Shown: piece after piece, positions 19,065-29,994 of the stretch
How positions within the stretch are numbered: position 1 is the stretch's first letter
Layout of the letters: each line of letters begins with the position of its first letter
Assembly: GCA_963728915.1 (NCBI GenBank)
Contig: CAVSLV010000004.1
Coordinates: forward strand, 224,001 to 288,000
Direction of reading: 5' to 3'
Length of the DNA stretch: 64,000 nucleotides
DNA from: an uncultured Gemmatimonadales bacterium
GTDB lineage: Bacteria > Gemmatimonadota > Gemmatimonadetes > Gemmatimonadales > GWC2-71-9
Position numbers and translations under genes: made by a program
Notes under the pieces: model-generated
Database searches by the model: none
Told to the model about the DNA's origin: nothing
Seen by the model: the letters and a program-made list of their open reading frames with translations, nothing else

Positions 19065-19958
19065 ATGCGCCGCTGGATCGTGGTCTGCTGGCTCGTGATG
19101 GCGGGTGCCGCCGGCTGTGGCGGCCGCTCCGCCAGACAACCGCCTCTGATCGTCTTCAACGCGGGAAGCCTCGCCGGGGGATTCCGGGAGCTCCTCGCGG
19201 CGTTCGCGAAGCAGCACCCTGGCGTCACTCCCCAGCAGGAAAGCTCCGGCAGCCTCGAAGCCGCCAGGAAGCTCACCGAGCTGGGGAAGATCCCCGATGT
19301 GCTCGCCGTGGCCGATTACAACGTGATCACCAAGCTTCTGATTCCCCGTTACGCCCGGGACTACGTCCCCTTCGCCACCAACGCCATGGTGCTGGCGTAC
19401 ACCGACCGATCGGCCTACGCCCCCGACATCACTCCGGTCAACTGGTGGCAGGTACTGCTGCGCCAGGGCGTGCGCTGGGGTCATTCCAATCCGGCGCTCG
19501 ACCCCAATGGCTATCGCGCCCTCATGGTATTTCAGCTCGCCGAGGCTTACTACCACGAGCCCGGTCTCGCGGCGCGGCTGGAGCGCGCCCTCGATGCGCG
19601 GAACGTCCGCGCCAGCGAGGCTCAGCTGGTGGGATTGCTCCAGGCGGGCGAGCTGGACTACGCCTGGTCCTACCGATCCCTGGCGGCGAGCGCCGGGCTC
19701 AAGTGGGTGCCTCTTCCTCCCGAAGTGGACCTCAGCGATCCGGCGCAAGCGACACGCTATGCGCTGGCCCAGGTGCGATTGCCCGGTCCCCGGCTTGCCG
19801 GCGACTCGGTGGAGTTCCGGGGTGAGCCGATCGTATACGCCCTCACGGTGCCTCTCGAGGCACCGCATCCGGCGTTGGCGCGGGCCTTCGTGGAGTTCGT
19901 TCGATCCCCCGACGGGCAGCGCATCCTGGATCAGGCAGGGTTCCAGGTGATCCCTTAG
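19065..19958 (+). CDS. tungstate/molybdate ABC substrate-binding lipoprotein (WtpA/ModA-like)
   Basis: Lipobox AAGC; FNAGSL, SGSLEAARK, DPNGYR, DYAWSYRS, GEPIVYALT. Confidence 0.82.
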   Translation: MRRWIVVCWLVMAGAAGCGGRSARQPPLIVFNAGSLAGGFRELLAAFAKQHPGVTPQQESSGSLEAARKLTELGKIPDVLAVADYNVITKLLIPRYARDYVPFATNAMVLAYTDRSAYAPDITPVNWWQVLLRQGVRWGHSNPALDPNGYRALMVFQLAEAYYHEPGLAARLERALDARNVRASEAQLVGLLQAGELDYAWSYRSLAASAGLKWVPLPPEVDLSDPAQATRYALAQVRLPGPRLAGDSVEFRGEPIVYALTVPLEAPHPALARAFVEFVRSPDGQRILDQAGFQVIP

Positions 19959-19992
19959 TTTCCCCCGACCATCTCGACCCATGGAGTCTGCG

Positions 19993-21621
19993 ATGAGCGG
20001 CGTGGCGAACATTCCCCTTCCCCGAAACGAGCCGGTGCTGACCTATGCGCCGGGATCACCCGAACGCGCCGCGGTGAAGGCCGAGCTCAAACGCCTGGCA
20101 GGTGAGGTCACCGACATCCCGGTCATCGTGGACGGGAAGGAGATCCGCACCGGCCGCACCGTCAAGGTCGTGGAACCCCACAAGCATCGACACCAGATCG
20201 CAGAGACCCACCAGGCCGACGCCAGGGCGCTGAACGCGGCGGTGGCCGCGGCGCGGCGCGCCCAGCGGGAATGGTCGAGCTGGAGATTCGAAGACCGGGC
20301 CGCGGTGCTGCTCAAAGCCGCCGAGCTGCTGGCGGGCCCCTGGCGGCAGACCCTCAACGCCGCGACGATGCTGGGCCAGAGCAAGACGATCTTCCAGGCC
20401 GAAATCGACAGCGCCTGCGAGATCATCGATTTCTTCCGGTTCAACGTCCATTACGCCGAGCGGATGCTCGCGGAACAGCCGATGTCCTCGCCCGGGGTGT
20501 GGAACCGGATGGACTACCGGCCGCTCGAAGGCTTCGTCTACGCGATCACTCCGTTCAACTTCACGGCCATCGGGGCCAACCTTCCGACCGCGCCGGCATT
20601 GATGGGGAACACGGTGGTCTGGAAGCCGGCGGCCACCGCCTCGTTGAGCAACTACTTCGTGATGCGGCTGCTCGAAGAGGCCGGGATGCCGCCCGGGGTG
20701 ATCAACTTCGTTCCGGGCGATTCCCAGCAGATCTCGGCGCGGCTCCTGGGCGACCGTCATCTCGGCGGGATTCACTTCACCGGGTCGACCGCGGTGTTCC
20801 AGTCGCTCTGGCAGCAGGTGGCGGAGCGGCTACCCGAGTATGCGAGCTACCCGCGCATCGTGGGAGAAACCGGGGGCAAGGATTTCATCCTGGCGCACCC
20901 GAGCGCCGACCCGATCGCCCTCGCGGTCGCGATGGTCCGGGGCGCCTACGAGTACCAGGGCCAGAAATGCAGCGCCGCCTCGCGCACCTACGTGCCCCAG
21001 AGCCTCTGGCCCGAGGTGAAGCGCCGGGCGGTAGAGATGATCGGCGAGCTTCGGATGGGCGACGTCGCCGATTTCCGGAATTTCCTGGGCGCGGTGATCG
21101 ACGCCAAGTCCTTCGCAAAGCTGAAAGGCTATCTCGACCGGGCGAAGAAGGAGCGGGGCTCCACGATTCTCGCGGGCGGTGGCGCGGACGACAAGAAGGG
21201 CTGGTTCGTCGAGCCCACCCTGGTCCAGGTGAAGGATCCCGGACACCGGCTCATGTGTGAGGAGCTGTTCGGGCCGGTGCTCAGCGTGTACGTCTACCCC
21301 GATCGCGAGTGGCGAAGAATGCTGGGGGTGGTGAACTCCACCAGCCCCTACGCCCTCACCGGCTCGGTATTCTCGCAGGATCGCGCCGCCGTGATCGAAG
21401 CCAGCCAGGCGTTGCGCCAGGCCGCGGGCAATTTCTACATCAATGACAAGCCGACCGGCGCGGTGGTAGGCCAGCAACCGTTCGGTGGCTCGCGGGCGAG
21501 CGGGACGAACGACAAAGCCGGCTCGATCCTGAACCTGATGCGCTGGGTATCACCCCGGTCGATCAAGGAAACGCTGGTGCCTCCGCACGATCACCGGTAT
21601 CCGTTTCTGGACGCAGAGTGA
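19993..21621 (+). CDS. pruA: L-glutamate gamma-semialdehyde (P5C) dehydrogenase
   Basis: PFNFTAI, FTGST, GETGGKDF, EYQGQKCSA, FGGSRASGTNDKAG. Confidence 0.93.
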   Translation: MSGVANIPLPRNEPVLTYAPGSPERAAVKAELKRLAGEVTDIPVIVDGKEIRTGRTVKVVEPHKHRHQIAETHQADARALNAAVAAARRAQREWSSWRFEDRAAVLLKAAELLAGPWRQTLNAATMLGQSKTIFQAEIDSACEIIDFFRFNVHYAERMLAEQPMSSPGVWNRMDYRPLEGFVYAITPFNFTAIGANLPTAPALMGNTVVWKPAATASLSNYFVMRLLEEAGMPPGVINFVPGDSQQISARLLGDRHLGGIHFTGSTAVFQSLWQQVAERLPEYASYPRIVGETGGKDFILAHPSADPIALAVAMVRGAYEYQGQKCSAASRTYVPQSLWPEVKRRAVEMIGELRMGDVADFRNFLGAVIDAKSFAKLKGYLDRAKKERGSTILAGGGADDKKGWFVEPTLVQVKDPGHRLMCEELFGPVLSVYVYPDREWRRMLGVVNSTSPYALTGSVFSQDRAAVIEASQALRQAAGNFYINDKPTGAVVGQQPFGGSRASGTNDKAGSILNLMRWVSPRSIKETLVPPHDHRYPFLDAE

Positions 21622-21743
21622 GGTCGTGGCGCCGAATCCGGGTGTCAAAATCCTGGGCTCGGGCCCTCGACACCGCCTCAACCATCTTGCGTCAAGCTAT
21701 GCCGCTTCATATGTTTGCGTAACGCCCACCGGAGAACTCGCGG

Positions 21744-22853
21744 ATGTCGGAAGCCTTTCGGTCCTCCGACGAATTCGATGAACAAGCCCACCAACTCTAC
21801 AATCAAGGCCGCTACGACGAGGCGCTCGACACGCTGCGGGACGGTCTCGCGCTCTACCCTAACGCGGTAGAGCTCTGGACCGGCACCGGCTACGCCCATC
21901 TGGCCCGGGAAGAGTTCGCCTGGTCGCGCCGCGCGTTCGAGCAGGCCCTCAGCATCGATCCGGATCAGGAAGATGCGCTCGCGGGCATGGGAGAGGTGCT
22001 GCTTCCGCTGGGAGACCGCCGCGGCGCGCTGGAGCGCTTCGAGCGGCTGCTCCAGCTTGGCTTCCAGGAAGACCACGAGCTGATGCTCCAGGCCGGCCGG
22101 GCGCTGTTTCGCCATGCGGTGCTGCCGCCCGCGCATCGCTTTCTGGAGCTGGCGCAGGCCACTCAGCCTGAGTGCGTCGATGCGCTGGCCTGTCTGGGCT
22201 ACGTGACCCACCGCCTGGGGCGGGACGGCGCCGCGTTCTACTGGCTCAAGCGGGCCCTGGGGGTCGATCCCCACTACGCCGAGGCCCGGGTCTATCTCGC
22301 AAACATGCTGTACGACCGGGGCGAGAGCAGCGCGGCGCTGACCCACTTCGAGAAGACCCGGCCCGACGATCACTTCGACGAGCTGGGACTGTGGCGGACG
22401 GTGGAGCTCAAGCGAACGCTGTACCGTCTGGCTGACGATGATCCCGAATTGGTCCCCTGGCTCAATCGGCTGGGCGAGCTGGCCCCCGACCCCGATCCCA
22501 CCGAGGATCTGCTCGCGGAAATCGAAGCCCAGCAGCCCGACGGGACCATTCGCGATCGCAACCAGCTCGAGCTGTTCGGCGCCCTGGTGGCGGAGGTCCC
22601 CGGGATGCGGCGTCGCAACGATGCCCACCAGGTTTCGACGCTCAGCGGAAGCGTGTTACGAGGCACCTGGGACGAAATCCTGCTCCAGCTCAAGGTCGCA
22701 GATTCCAGTTCCGCGTCGGTGTCGCTCTCCGAGTTCATGGCGGGCCTGGCGCGCCGGGGTCGCGAGGAGACTGGCGTCATCATTCCCCTGACCGATGCGG
22801 AGGCCTTCATCCGGGGAAGCGCCGAGGCGGGAGTGTTGCGGATTCTTTCGTGA
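21744..22853 (+). CDS. tetratricopeptide repeat protein
   Basis: Multiple TPR-like repeats followed by a C-terminal non-TPR region. Confidence 0.85.
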   Translation: MSEAFRSSDEFDEQAHQLYNQGRYDEALDTLRDGLALYPNAVELWTGTGYAHLAREEFAWSRRAFEQALSIDPDQEDALAGMGEVLLPLGDRRGALERFERLLQLGFQEDHELMLQAGRALFRHAVLPPAHRFLELAQATQPECVDALACLGYVTHRLGRDGAAFYWLKRALGVDPHYAEARVYLANMLYDRGESSAALTHFEKTRPDDHFDELGLWRTVELKRTLYRLADDDPELVPWLNRLGELAPDPDPTEDLLAEIEAQQPDGTIRDRNQLELFGALVAEVPGMRRRNDAHQVSTLSGSVLRGTWDEILLQLKVADSSSASVSLSEFMAGLARRGREETGVIIPLTDAEAFIRGSAEAGVLRILS

Positions 22854-23765
22854 TCGCGCTCGAGCGCGTTTCGAAAACCTTTCGCTCCCTGACCGGCCGC
22901 CGCGAGGTGACCGCGCTCAGGGAGTTCTCGCTGGAGATCGGCCCGGGTGAGGTCGTCGGCATCGCGGGACCCAACGGCGCCGGGAAGTCCACCCTGCTTT
23001 CTCTGATCCTCGGTTTCCTGCATCCGAGCCAGGGCCGGGTCACCGTGGCCGGTCAATCGCCCCGGCATTTTGTCGAACGGTCGGGGATCGGGTATCTGCC
23101 GGAGGTCTTCACCCTTCCCCCGCGCTGGGGCGTGGTCGAGGCGCTGCGGCGCTTCGGCATCCTCGGTGCGCTGGGCGAGCAGGCGCGCCCACGGATCGAA
23201 GAGGTCATCGCGCTCACCGGGTTAGGCGAGCACCGCCGGAAGCAGGTGCGCCAGCTGTCCAAGGGAACGCTGCAACGGCTGGGGCTCGCCCAGGCCCTGC
23301 TGGCGCCGCGCTCCCTGGTGGTGCTCGATGAGCCGACCCACGGCCTCGACCCGGTCTGGACCCAGCGATTCCGCGATATCGTGCGGGAAGCCAGGAGTCC
23401 GGAGCGCACCATCCTGATCGCCTCCCACAATCTCGACGAGCTGGAGCGGGTATCCGATCGGGTGGCCATCATCCACCAGGGACAGCTTCAGCGCCTGGTG
23501 CGGTCGGGCGAGGGGGGCCTCGAAACGACCAGCGCCACGACGTTCCGCCTGGCGCTGGCGTCGCCGTCTCCGGCCTCGAGCGTCTGTTCCCCGGAATCGA
23601 GGCGATGCCGGGGCGCCCGCTCGAGTACCGGGTTCGGGGAGATCTCGCGACGCTGAACGCGGGGCTTGCGGCGCTCCTCTCCCAGGGTGGTCGCCTGGCC
23701 TCGTTCATTCCGGAGGAGAGCGGGCTGGAGCGGGAGTTTCGCGCCGCGGTCGGAGGGCTCCGTGA
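22850..23765 (+). CDS. ABC transporter ATP-binding protein (apparent frameshifts near 23570 and 23760)
   Basis: GPNGAGKST, LSKG, LDEPT, SH motifs; C-terminus continues in another frame (LERLFPGIEAMPGRPLEYRV...GLEREFRAAV). Confidence 0.85.
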
Positions 23766-24485
23766 AGGGTCGCTTCCGCTACGCCTGGTGGTCGCTTCGC
23801 GATGCCGCCCTCCGTCCCGGCATTGCCGCGCTGGTGTGCGCCGCCCTGGCCACCTTCCTCGCGACCCGAATGCCGGGCGCCATGGTGAGTCGCGAAACGA
23901 GCCAGCAGCTGATGGTCCGGTTCGTGAGTCAATTCGACTGGCTGGTGATTCTGATCGCCACGTCGGGCATGGTGGCGTGGGACCGCTCCAGCGGCTACTA
24001 CCGGACCTTGTTCAGCTACCCGGTCAACCCGGCGCTCTACTACTTTCAGCGCTGGGTCTTCGCCGGGACTCGCGGCGCTGCTGCTGGTTCCGTTCGCGGG
24101 GATCGGTTTCCTCCTGGTATCGGGCAGTTTTCCCTATTCGGGGCCTCTGTTGGTGCGCGTGGTGATCAAGTTTCTCCTCCTGGGCGGTCTCACCTTCGGG
24201 TTTTCGACCGTGATTCGTGCGGATTGGGCGATTGCCTTTGTGCTCTCCATGGTGCAGACAATTCTCCACGGGCTTGGCACCGCGGGAATGCCCCTGGGCG
24301 GGTTCTCCAGGTTGCTGCTCCGCCTCCTGCCGCCGTTTCACGTGGGCTCCTTCGCGGTGACCTCCTCGCCGGGCTATCCCACCACCTCCGAGCTGTTGTA
24401 TGCCGGTCTCTATGGGGCCGGGATTCTCGCGGTGACGCTCCTGGTCCTCAGGTACCGTCCACTCGGGAGCGGCGGGCGAGCCTGA
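23762..24485 (+). CDS. ABC-2-type permease-like membrane protein (apparent frameshift near 24066)
   Basis: Hydrophobic ORF VKGRFRYAWW...DRSSGYYRTLFSYPV continues in a second frame GLAALLLVPF... Confidence 0.7.
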
Positions 24486-27119
24486 TGGCGGGCTGGACCG
24501 CGGACGTTCGGCGCGAGGTCCTGCCGAACGGACTCACGCTGCTGGCCCAGCGGATCCCCGGCGCGCCGGCGGTCGCGGTGGTGAGCTCGATCCGCGCCGG
24601 GTTCTTCGACGAACCGGACCGGCTCGCCGGCGTGAGCCACGTGCTGGAGCACATGCTGTTCAAGGGCACGCCCACCCGGGGAGTGGGCGACATTCCGCGG
24701 GAGACCAGGGCGGCGGGCGGCTCGCTCAACGCCGGCACCGGCTACGATCACACTTCCTACATCACGGTGCTGCCTCCGGCGGCGCTTCGAGTGGGGCTCG
24801 AGCTCCAGAGCGATGCGCTCCGGCGGAGTCTTCTCGACGCGGAAGAGCTGCGCCGCGAGCTGATCGTCATCATCGAGGAGGCCAAGCGCAAACTGGATTC
24901 CCCGGCGGCGGTCGACGGGGGAAACTCTCCATCAACTGCTCTTCGACCGGCATCGGATCCGGCGATGGAGGATCGGCACCGAGGAGCAGCTCCGCGGGGT
25001 CACCCGCGATGACGTCGCCGAGTTCTGGCGATCATACTATGTGCCGGTGGACACGGTGGTGGCGCTGGCAGGCGAGCTTCTGCCGGAGGAAGCCTGTGCC
25101 CTGGCGCGCGAGTACTTCGGCGACTGGGAGGCGGCGCCGGCAAGGCGGGATCCTTCTCCTTCGGAGCCGGAGAGGTCCGGCATCCGCACCCGCACGCTCC
25201 GGGGCGACGTCACCGCCGCCGATCTGGCGCTGGGCTGGCGCACCGTGGGGCGATTGCATCCCGACGCGCTTCCCCTGGATCTCGCCGCGATGGTGCTGAG
25301 CAGCGGGCGATCGAGCTGGCTCTATCGGGGAGTCCGGGTCCCCGGCGCGATGACCAGCGTGGGCGCGTCGCACTTCACCCCGCGTGAGGTCGGGGTGTTC
25401 TCGATCGGCGGAGAGCTGGATCCCGACCGGCTCCCCGAGGCGCTCCGATGCATCGGGGCGGAGCTGCGCCGGCTTCGGGAAGCGGGACCCGACCCGACGG
25501 ATCTCGAGAGGATCCGGACTCTGCTCCAGGCGGGGTGGGCGCGCCGTCTCGAGTCCGCCGAGGGTCGGGCGACGGCGCTGGCTTCCGCGGAGCTGGACGG
25601 AGACTACCGGTTGCTGGATCGGGAGTATGCCCGTCTGCAGGTCATTTCCGCCGAGGAGATCGGCCAGGTCGCCGGAGAATGGCTTGGCCCGGAACGGATC
25701 TCCGGGGTGGTCTATCTCCCCGAGGGAAGGGGCGAGGACCTCGAGGCCGACATGCTGCGGGAGGTGGTCACCTCGGTCCCCTCCCGGGTGGCTCCCCGCG
25801 CGGCTCCCCGCGAGCGACCCGACGAGCTGCGCCGCATCGCGCTTCCCGGCATCACCCTGCTGCTGCAGCGCCGGCCGGGGGTGCCGCTGGTGTCGCTCGG
25901 TCTCTACCAGCGGCGACACCGGACCGAGACGCTCGCCGATGCCGGGCTCGCGGCCCTGGCGGTGCGGGCGGCGGTCCGGGGCGCCGGGGATCTCGATGCG
26001 GGGGCGCTGGCCCTCGGGTTCGAGCGTCTGGGCGGCGTGTTAGGGCCGGTCGTGGCCAGCGAATGGTTCGGCTTCGCGACGTCGGTCCTCAGCGTGCACG
26101 CCGAAGCCGGGGCCGGGCTGCTCGACCTGGTCTTCCGGCAGCCGGGCTTCGCCGCCGAGGAAATTGCCCGGGAGCGGAAGACCCTTCTGGACAGCGTGAT
26201 CCAGGAGGCCGACGACATGAGCCGCTATCCGGTGGAGCTGGCGTTCCGGGCGCGGTTCGGGCCGGCGGGTTATGGTCTGCCGGTGAGCGGGATCCCCGCT
26301 TCGGTGGAGGGGCTCACCAGCGCGATGGTGGGGCAGTGGCATCGCGACGCGCTGGCGGCCCCGGACCGGCAACCGGTGCTCGTCGCGGCTGGAGACCTCG
26401 ATGTTGACCATTTCGGCGAGCGGCTGGCCCTTCGCTTTCGCGACTATCCGGCGCGACGGGAGGATTGGGCGGTCCTGACTCGCGATCCCCCGGCTCCGGC
26501 CTGCCGGGTCCTGGCGGAAGAACGGGCCAAGCGTCAGACCGCGCTCGCCATGCTGTTTCCCGGGCCGGCCCGTGGCGCGCCCGACCGCCACGCAGCGGAG
26601 GTATGGTCGGCCCTTGCGGGAGGCCTGGGGGGCCGGCTGTTCGTTGCGCTCCGGGACCGGCTTTCCCTCGCGTACGTGGTGCGGGCGTCGGTCTGGCAGC
26701 GAGGCGGCGCGGGCGCAATGCTCGGATACCTGGCCACCTCGCCCGAGCGGGAAGAGGAGGCGCGCGCCGCGCTGTGGCGGGAGCTGCGCCGGTTTGCCGA
26801 CGAAGCGACCCCGGCGGAGGAGCTGGATCGGGCGATTCGATTCCTCTCCGGACAGATCCTGATCGGGCGACAGACGGTTGGGGCGGTGGCCGGAGAAATC
26901 GCCGAGGCATGGCTGTCCCTTGGCGAAGAAGGACTCCGCGAGCTTGACCACCCGACGGCCGGTATCCGCGCCGTGACGGCCGACGCAGTCCAGGCCGTCG
27001 CGGCCGCCGCTTTCGACCAGGAGCGGTCGGTCCTGGGTATCGTCCGGGGAGCGGTGGAGCCCGCTATGTTTCGGTCCGACCCGCAGGATCTCGCTGATCG
27101 ATTCCATGCAACCGGCTGA
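24485..27119 (+). CDS. M16 (pitrilysin-family) zinc peptidase (apparent frameshift near 24913)
   Basis: LPNGLT, HVLEHMLFKGT (HxxEH); continues as GETLHQLLF... into the 25041-27119 ORF. Confidence 0.85.
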
Positions 27120-27657
27120 AGATCGTGTCGCCAAGGTGACTCCGGGACTCCGGTGGTCTCCCGCGGATGCGTTCACCGCGGTCAGAATCCCCCTCGCGGC
27201 CGCCTTCGTGGTGGTGCCGGATGCGGCCTGGCGAATCGGCATTCTCGCCGCCGCGGCCGGGAGCGATTTTGCCGATGGTTTCGTGGCCCGTCGGTGGGGA
27301 AGCTCCCGGCTCGGGGTATTCCTCGATCCGGTCGCCGACAAGCTGTTCATGATCGCCGCCTTCGCGGTGGTGTTGCAGGCCGGTGCGCTCTCGGTCCTCG
27401 AGATCCTGGGCGTCCTGGCGCGGGACATCGCGGCGGCGGTGGCGTTCCTCGCGACCATCTTCCTGCGCAGGCCTTCGCTGATTCCCGCCAGACTGGGTGG
27501 GAAGGCGGTCACGGTGGGTCAGCTACTCATCCTGTTCGCGTTCCTCCTCGGCTCACCGCTGCTCCGTCCGATCGCCTGGGGGACCGCGGCGATCGCGCTC
27601 TATGCCATCTGGGATTACAGCCGGGCCGCGGCGGGCGCGCAACGAGTTGGACGGTAG
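27106..27657 (+). CDS. CDP-alcohol phosphatidyltransferase
   Basis: DFADGFVARRWGSSRLGVFLDPVADK signature. Confidence 0.92.
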   Translation: MQPAEDRVAKVTPGLRWSPADAFTAVRIPLAAAFVVVPDAAWRIGILAAAAGSDFADGFVARRWGSSRLGVFLDPVADKLFMIAAFAVVLQAGALSVLEILGVLARDIAAAVAFLATIFLRRPSLIPARLGGKAVTVGQLLILFAFLLGSPLLRPIAWGTAAIALYAIWDYSRAAAGAQRVGR

Positions 27658-27673
27658 GAGAAAGGAGCGGGCC

Positions 27674-28090
27674 ATGACCGACAAGAACATCCGGAATGCG
27701 GTGGTGGAATGGGAAGGCGGGCTGACTTTTCGGGGCGGTGCTCCGGGCGGCCCGGAGATTCGACTCGATGCCGAACACGGCGCGCAGGGCCCCGGGCCGA
27801 TGGTGGCCCTGCTGGTGGCCTGTGCGGGGTGCGCCGGCTCGGATGTCGTGGGGATTCTTCAGAAGATGCAGGTGCAGCTCCAGCAGTTCGTCATCCGGAT
27901 CACCGGGCGCCGCGCTCCGGATCATCCCCGGCGATACCTGACCATGCACTTCGTCTACCAGCTCCGGGGCAACGGCCTCGATGAAGCCAAAGCGCGGCGC
28001 GCGGTGGACCTCTCACATCAGAAGTACTGTTCGGTCATCCAGTCGCTCAATACGGACATCGCGATCAGCTACGAGCTCGACCTCGGGTGA
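27674..28090 (+). CDS. OsmC family protein
   Basis: GPGPM...AGC...DV and KYCSV. Confidence 0.9.
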   Translation: MTDKNIRNAVVEWEGGLTFRGGAPGGPEIRLDAEHGAQGPGPMVALLVACAGCAGSDVVGILQKMQVQLQQFVIRITGRRAPDHPRRYLTMHFVYQLRGNGLDEAKARRAVDLSHQKYCSVIQSLNTDIAISYELDLG

Positions 28091-28593
28091 TCCGGATCGC
28101 GCTGCAGTCCGGAGCGCTCCTGCTCGGACTCGCCGCCGCCACCCCCCTGTCGGCACAGGGGGTTCCCCGCGCCTCTGCAAGTCATCCCTGGATTCTCGAG
28201 GCCGGGGTGCATGGCACGCTGTTGATTGCCGACAGCACGCGGTTTGGCCTCATGGGAGGTCCCCGGTTCGCGCTTCGTACCCTGGGGGGGACCCGGGGTT
28301 CGCTGGCGCTTGGGGCTGGAGTGCTGGGGGATTCCCTGACCGGGCGGATCGAAGCCGCGATCGAATATCAGCTGGCGCCGCGGGTGCGGGGAAAACCCGG
28401 CTTCTATTTCGGCGGTGGACTGGTCGGCCAGGTGGGGGCCCAGCGCGGGGGATACTTGCTGCTCTTCGTCGGCCTGGAGCAGAGCCCGGGTGATCGCTCA
28501 GGCTGGGCGGTCGAGGCTGGACTGGGTGGCGGCATTCGTCTCCGAGGGGCCTGGCACTGGCGGCACTTTCCCCGCGGCTGGGAGCCGCGGTGA
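28087..28593 (+). CDS. secreted hypothetical protein, possibly a small outer-membrane beta-barrel
   Basis: Signal peptide and Gly/aromatic alternating strands. Confidence 0.6.
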   Translation: MIRIALQSGALLLGLAAATPLSAQGVPRASASHPWILEAGVHGTLLIADSTRFGLMGGPRFALRTLGGTRGSLALGAGVLGDSLTGRIEAAIEYQLAPRVRGKPGFYFGGGLVGQVGAQRGGYLLLFVGLEQSPGDRSGWAVEAGLGGGIRLRGAWHWRHFPRGWEPR

Positions 28594-28596
28594 AAA

Positions 28597-28869
28597 CTAT
28601 TGCGCGGAAGAGCCGGCGACTTCGGGATTAGCCCGCACCACGGGCTGGCAGAACCGTTCTCCAAGCACCCGGACCTGGGCGAGCTCGCTCTCGGTCAGAT
28701 TGGGGTACCGCTCGGAGAGGTACTCCATGGTGTCGTCCATCCATTCCTTCTGATGCTCTGGTTCAGCCTCGGTCACGCCGCAGCGGAGGATCTGACTGAA
28801 TAGTTCGTCGCGGGCTTGATCAACAACCGAGGGTCCTGCGGAACGACCGGCCTTCTTTCGGCTCGTCAT
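28597..28869 (-). CDS. hypothetical protein
   Basis: AAGGAAGGT SD before MTSRKKAG; helical, protein-like composition. Confidence 0.7.
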   Translation of the reverse strand: MTSRKKAGRSAGPSVVDQARDELFSQILRCGVTEAEPEHQKEWMDDTMEYLSERYPNLTESELAQVRVLGERFCQPVVRANPEVAGSSAQ

Positions 28870-29005
28870 GCACCTTCCTTTGAGGGGGGTTCCTGCTGGA
28901 AATGGGCGTAAGCCATTGGTTCGCAAGAATATAATCGCCAGAGCACGGGAGGCGCAATTAGATTGGCACCGACGGACAGGCGGACCGACGGACAGGCGGT
29001 CAGTG

Positions 29006-29311
29006 ATGTCGCAGGATAACGAGGAAATCTACGGCGAGGCCCGGGTGGAAGCGCTCCGGCGCATGCTACGGTCCTTCGCCGAGCGCATCTTCGAGCTGGA
29101 GCGGTCGGACCGGCTGCTTCAGCACGTTCCCGAGCTTCTTCGCCGGCTCGGCGATCTGCGTTCGGAGCTCTTTCATTACGAGGTACGCTCCACCTACGAT
29201 ACGCCGGAGATCGCCGAACATCGGCGGCTGGTAGAAGAAGCCAGGCAGCAGCGAGAATTTCTGACCGAGCCAGAGGACGACGAGCCATGGCGCAACCCCG
29301 ATCGGGCGTAA
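29006..29311 (+). CDS. hypothetical protein
   Basis: MSQDNEEIYGEARV..., charged helical composition. Confidence 0.65.
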   Translation: MSQDNEEIYGEARVEALRRMLRSFAERIFELERSDRLLQHVPELLRRLGDLRSELFHYEVRSTYDTPEIAEHRRLVEEARQQREFLTEPEDDEPWRNPDRA

Positions 29312-29994
29312 ACCAGTTCTACCTCCTGCTGGGTGCCATCGCGCTGATCGGTGCGGGCACCCTGGTCTGGATGGTCATGAAGCCCAAGAGCGTCAGCATT
29401 CCGGTAGACGTTCAGGTGCAGGTCTCGGATACTTCCGGCTTCCGGGGCTACTTCCTCGGCTCCGACACCGCCCGGGTCGAAGTCACCGAGTATGCCGACT
29501 ATCAGTGCCCGGTCTGCGCCGATTTCGAGCGGGTGCAGTTTCCCGCGGTGCGGCGTCAGCTCATCGAGACCGGCCTGGTCCGGTGGCGCTACCGGGATTT
29601 TCCCCTGGACAACATCCATCGCAACGCTCGGCTCGCCGCCCACGCCGCCGCCTGTGGAGATGACCAGGGGAAGTACTGGGAGATGCATCGGACCATTTAT
29701 GCCCATCATCCGGAGTGGGCCTTCACCAACAGCAATGTCACCGGGAAGTTCCATGATTACGCGGTCGAGGCAGGGCTCGACCCGGGTCGTTACGACGCGT
29801 GCATGTCGAGCGCCAAGTATGCCGGGCGCATCGAGGCGAGTCTCAAGGAGGGGCAGCAGCTTGGCGTACCTGCCACGCCGAGCTTCCTGATCGGGGGCAG
29901 GCTGTACCCCTCCAGCATGCCCTCCGATTCGATTCGTGCCCTGGTGCAGGCCCAGCTCGCCGCACCGGCAACCGCATCCCCCCGCACTCCGTGA
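29287..29994 (+). CDS. DsbA-family thioredoxin-fold protein
   Basis: N-terminal anchor, EYADYQCPVC, RDFPL, GVPATPSF. Confidence 0.9.
   Translation: MAQPRSGVNQFYLLLGAIALIGAGTLVWMVMKPKSVSIPVDVQVQVSDTSGFRGYFLGSDTARVEVTEYADYQCPVCADFERVQFPAVRRQLIETGLVRWRYRDFPLDNIHRNARLAAHAAACGDDQGKYWEMHRTIYAHHPEWAFTNSNVTGKFHDYAVEAGLDPGRYDACMSSAKYAGRIEASLKEGQQLGVPATPSFLIGGRLYPSSMPSDSIRALVQAQLAAPATASPRTP

Noticed and set aside
23666..25012. 448-aa permease-peptidase fusion ORF
   Set aside because: Chimera created by frameshifts; the permease and M16 peptidase are separate genes with a TGATG junction at 24483-24487.
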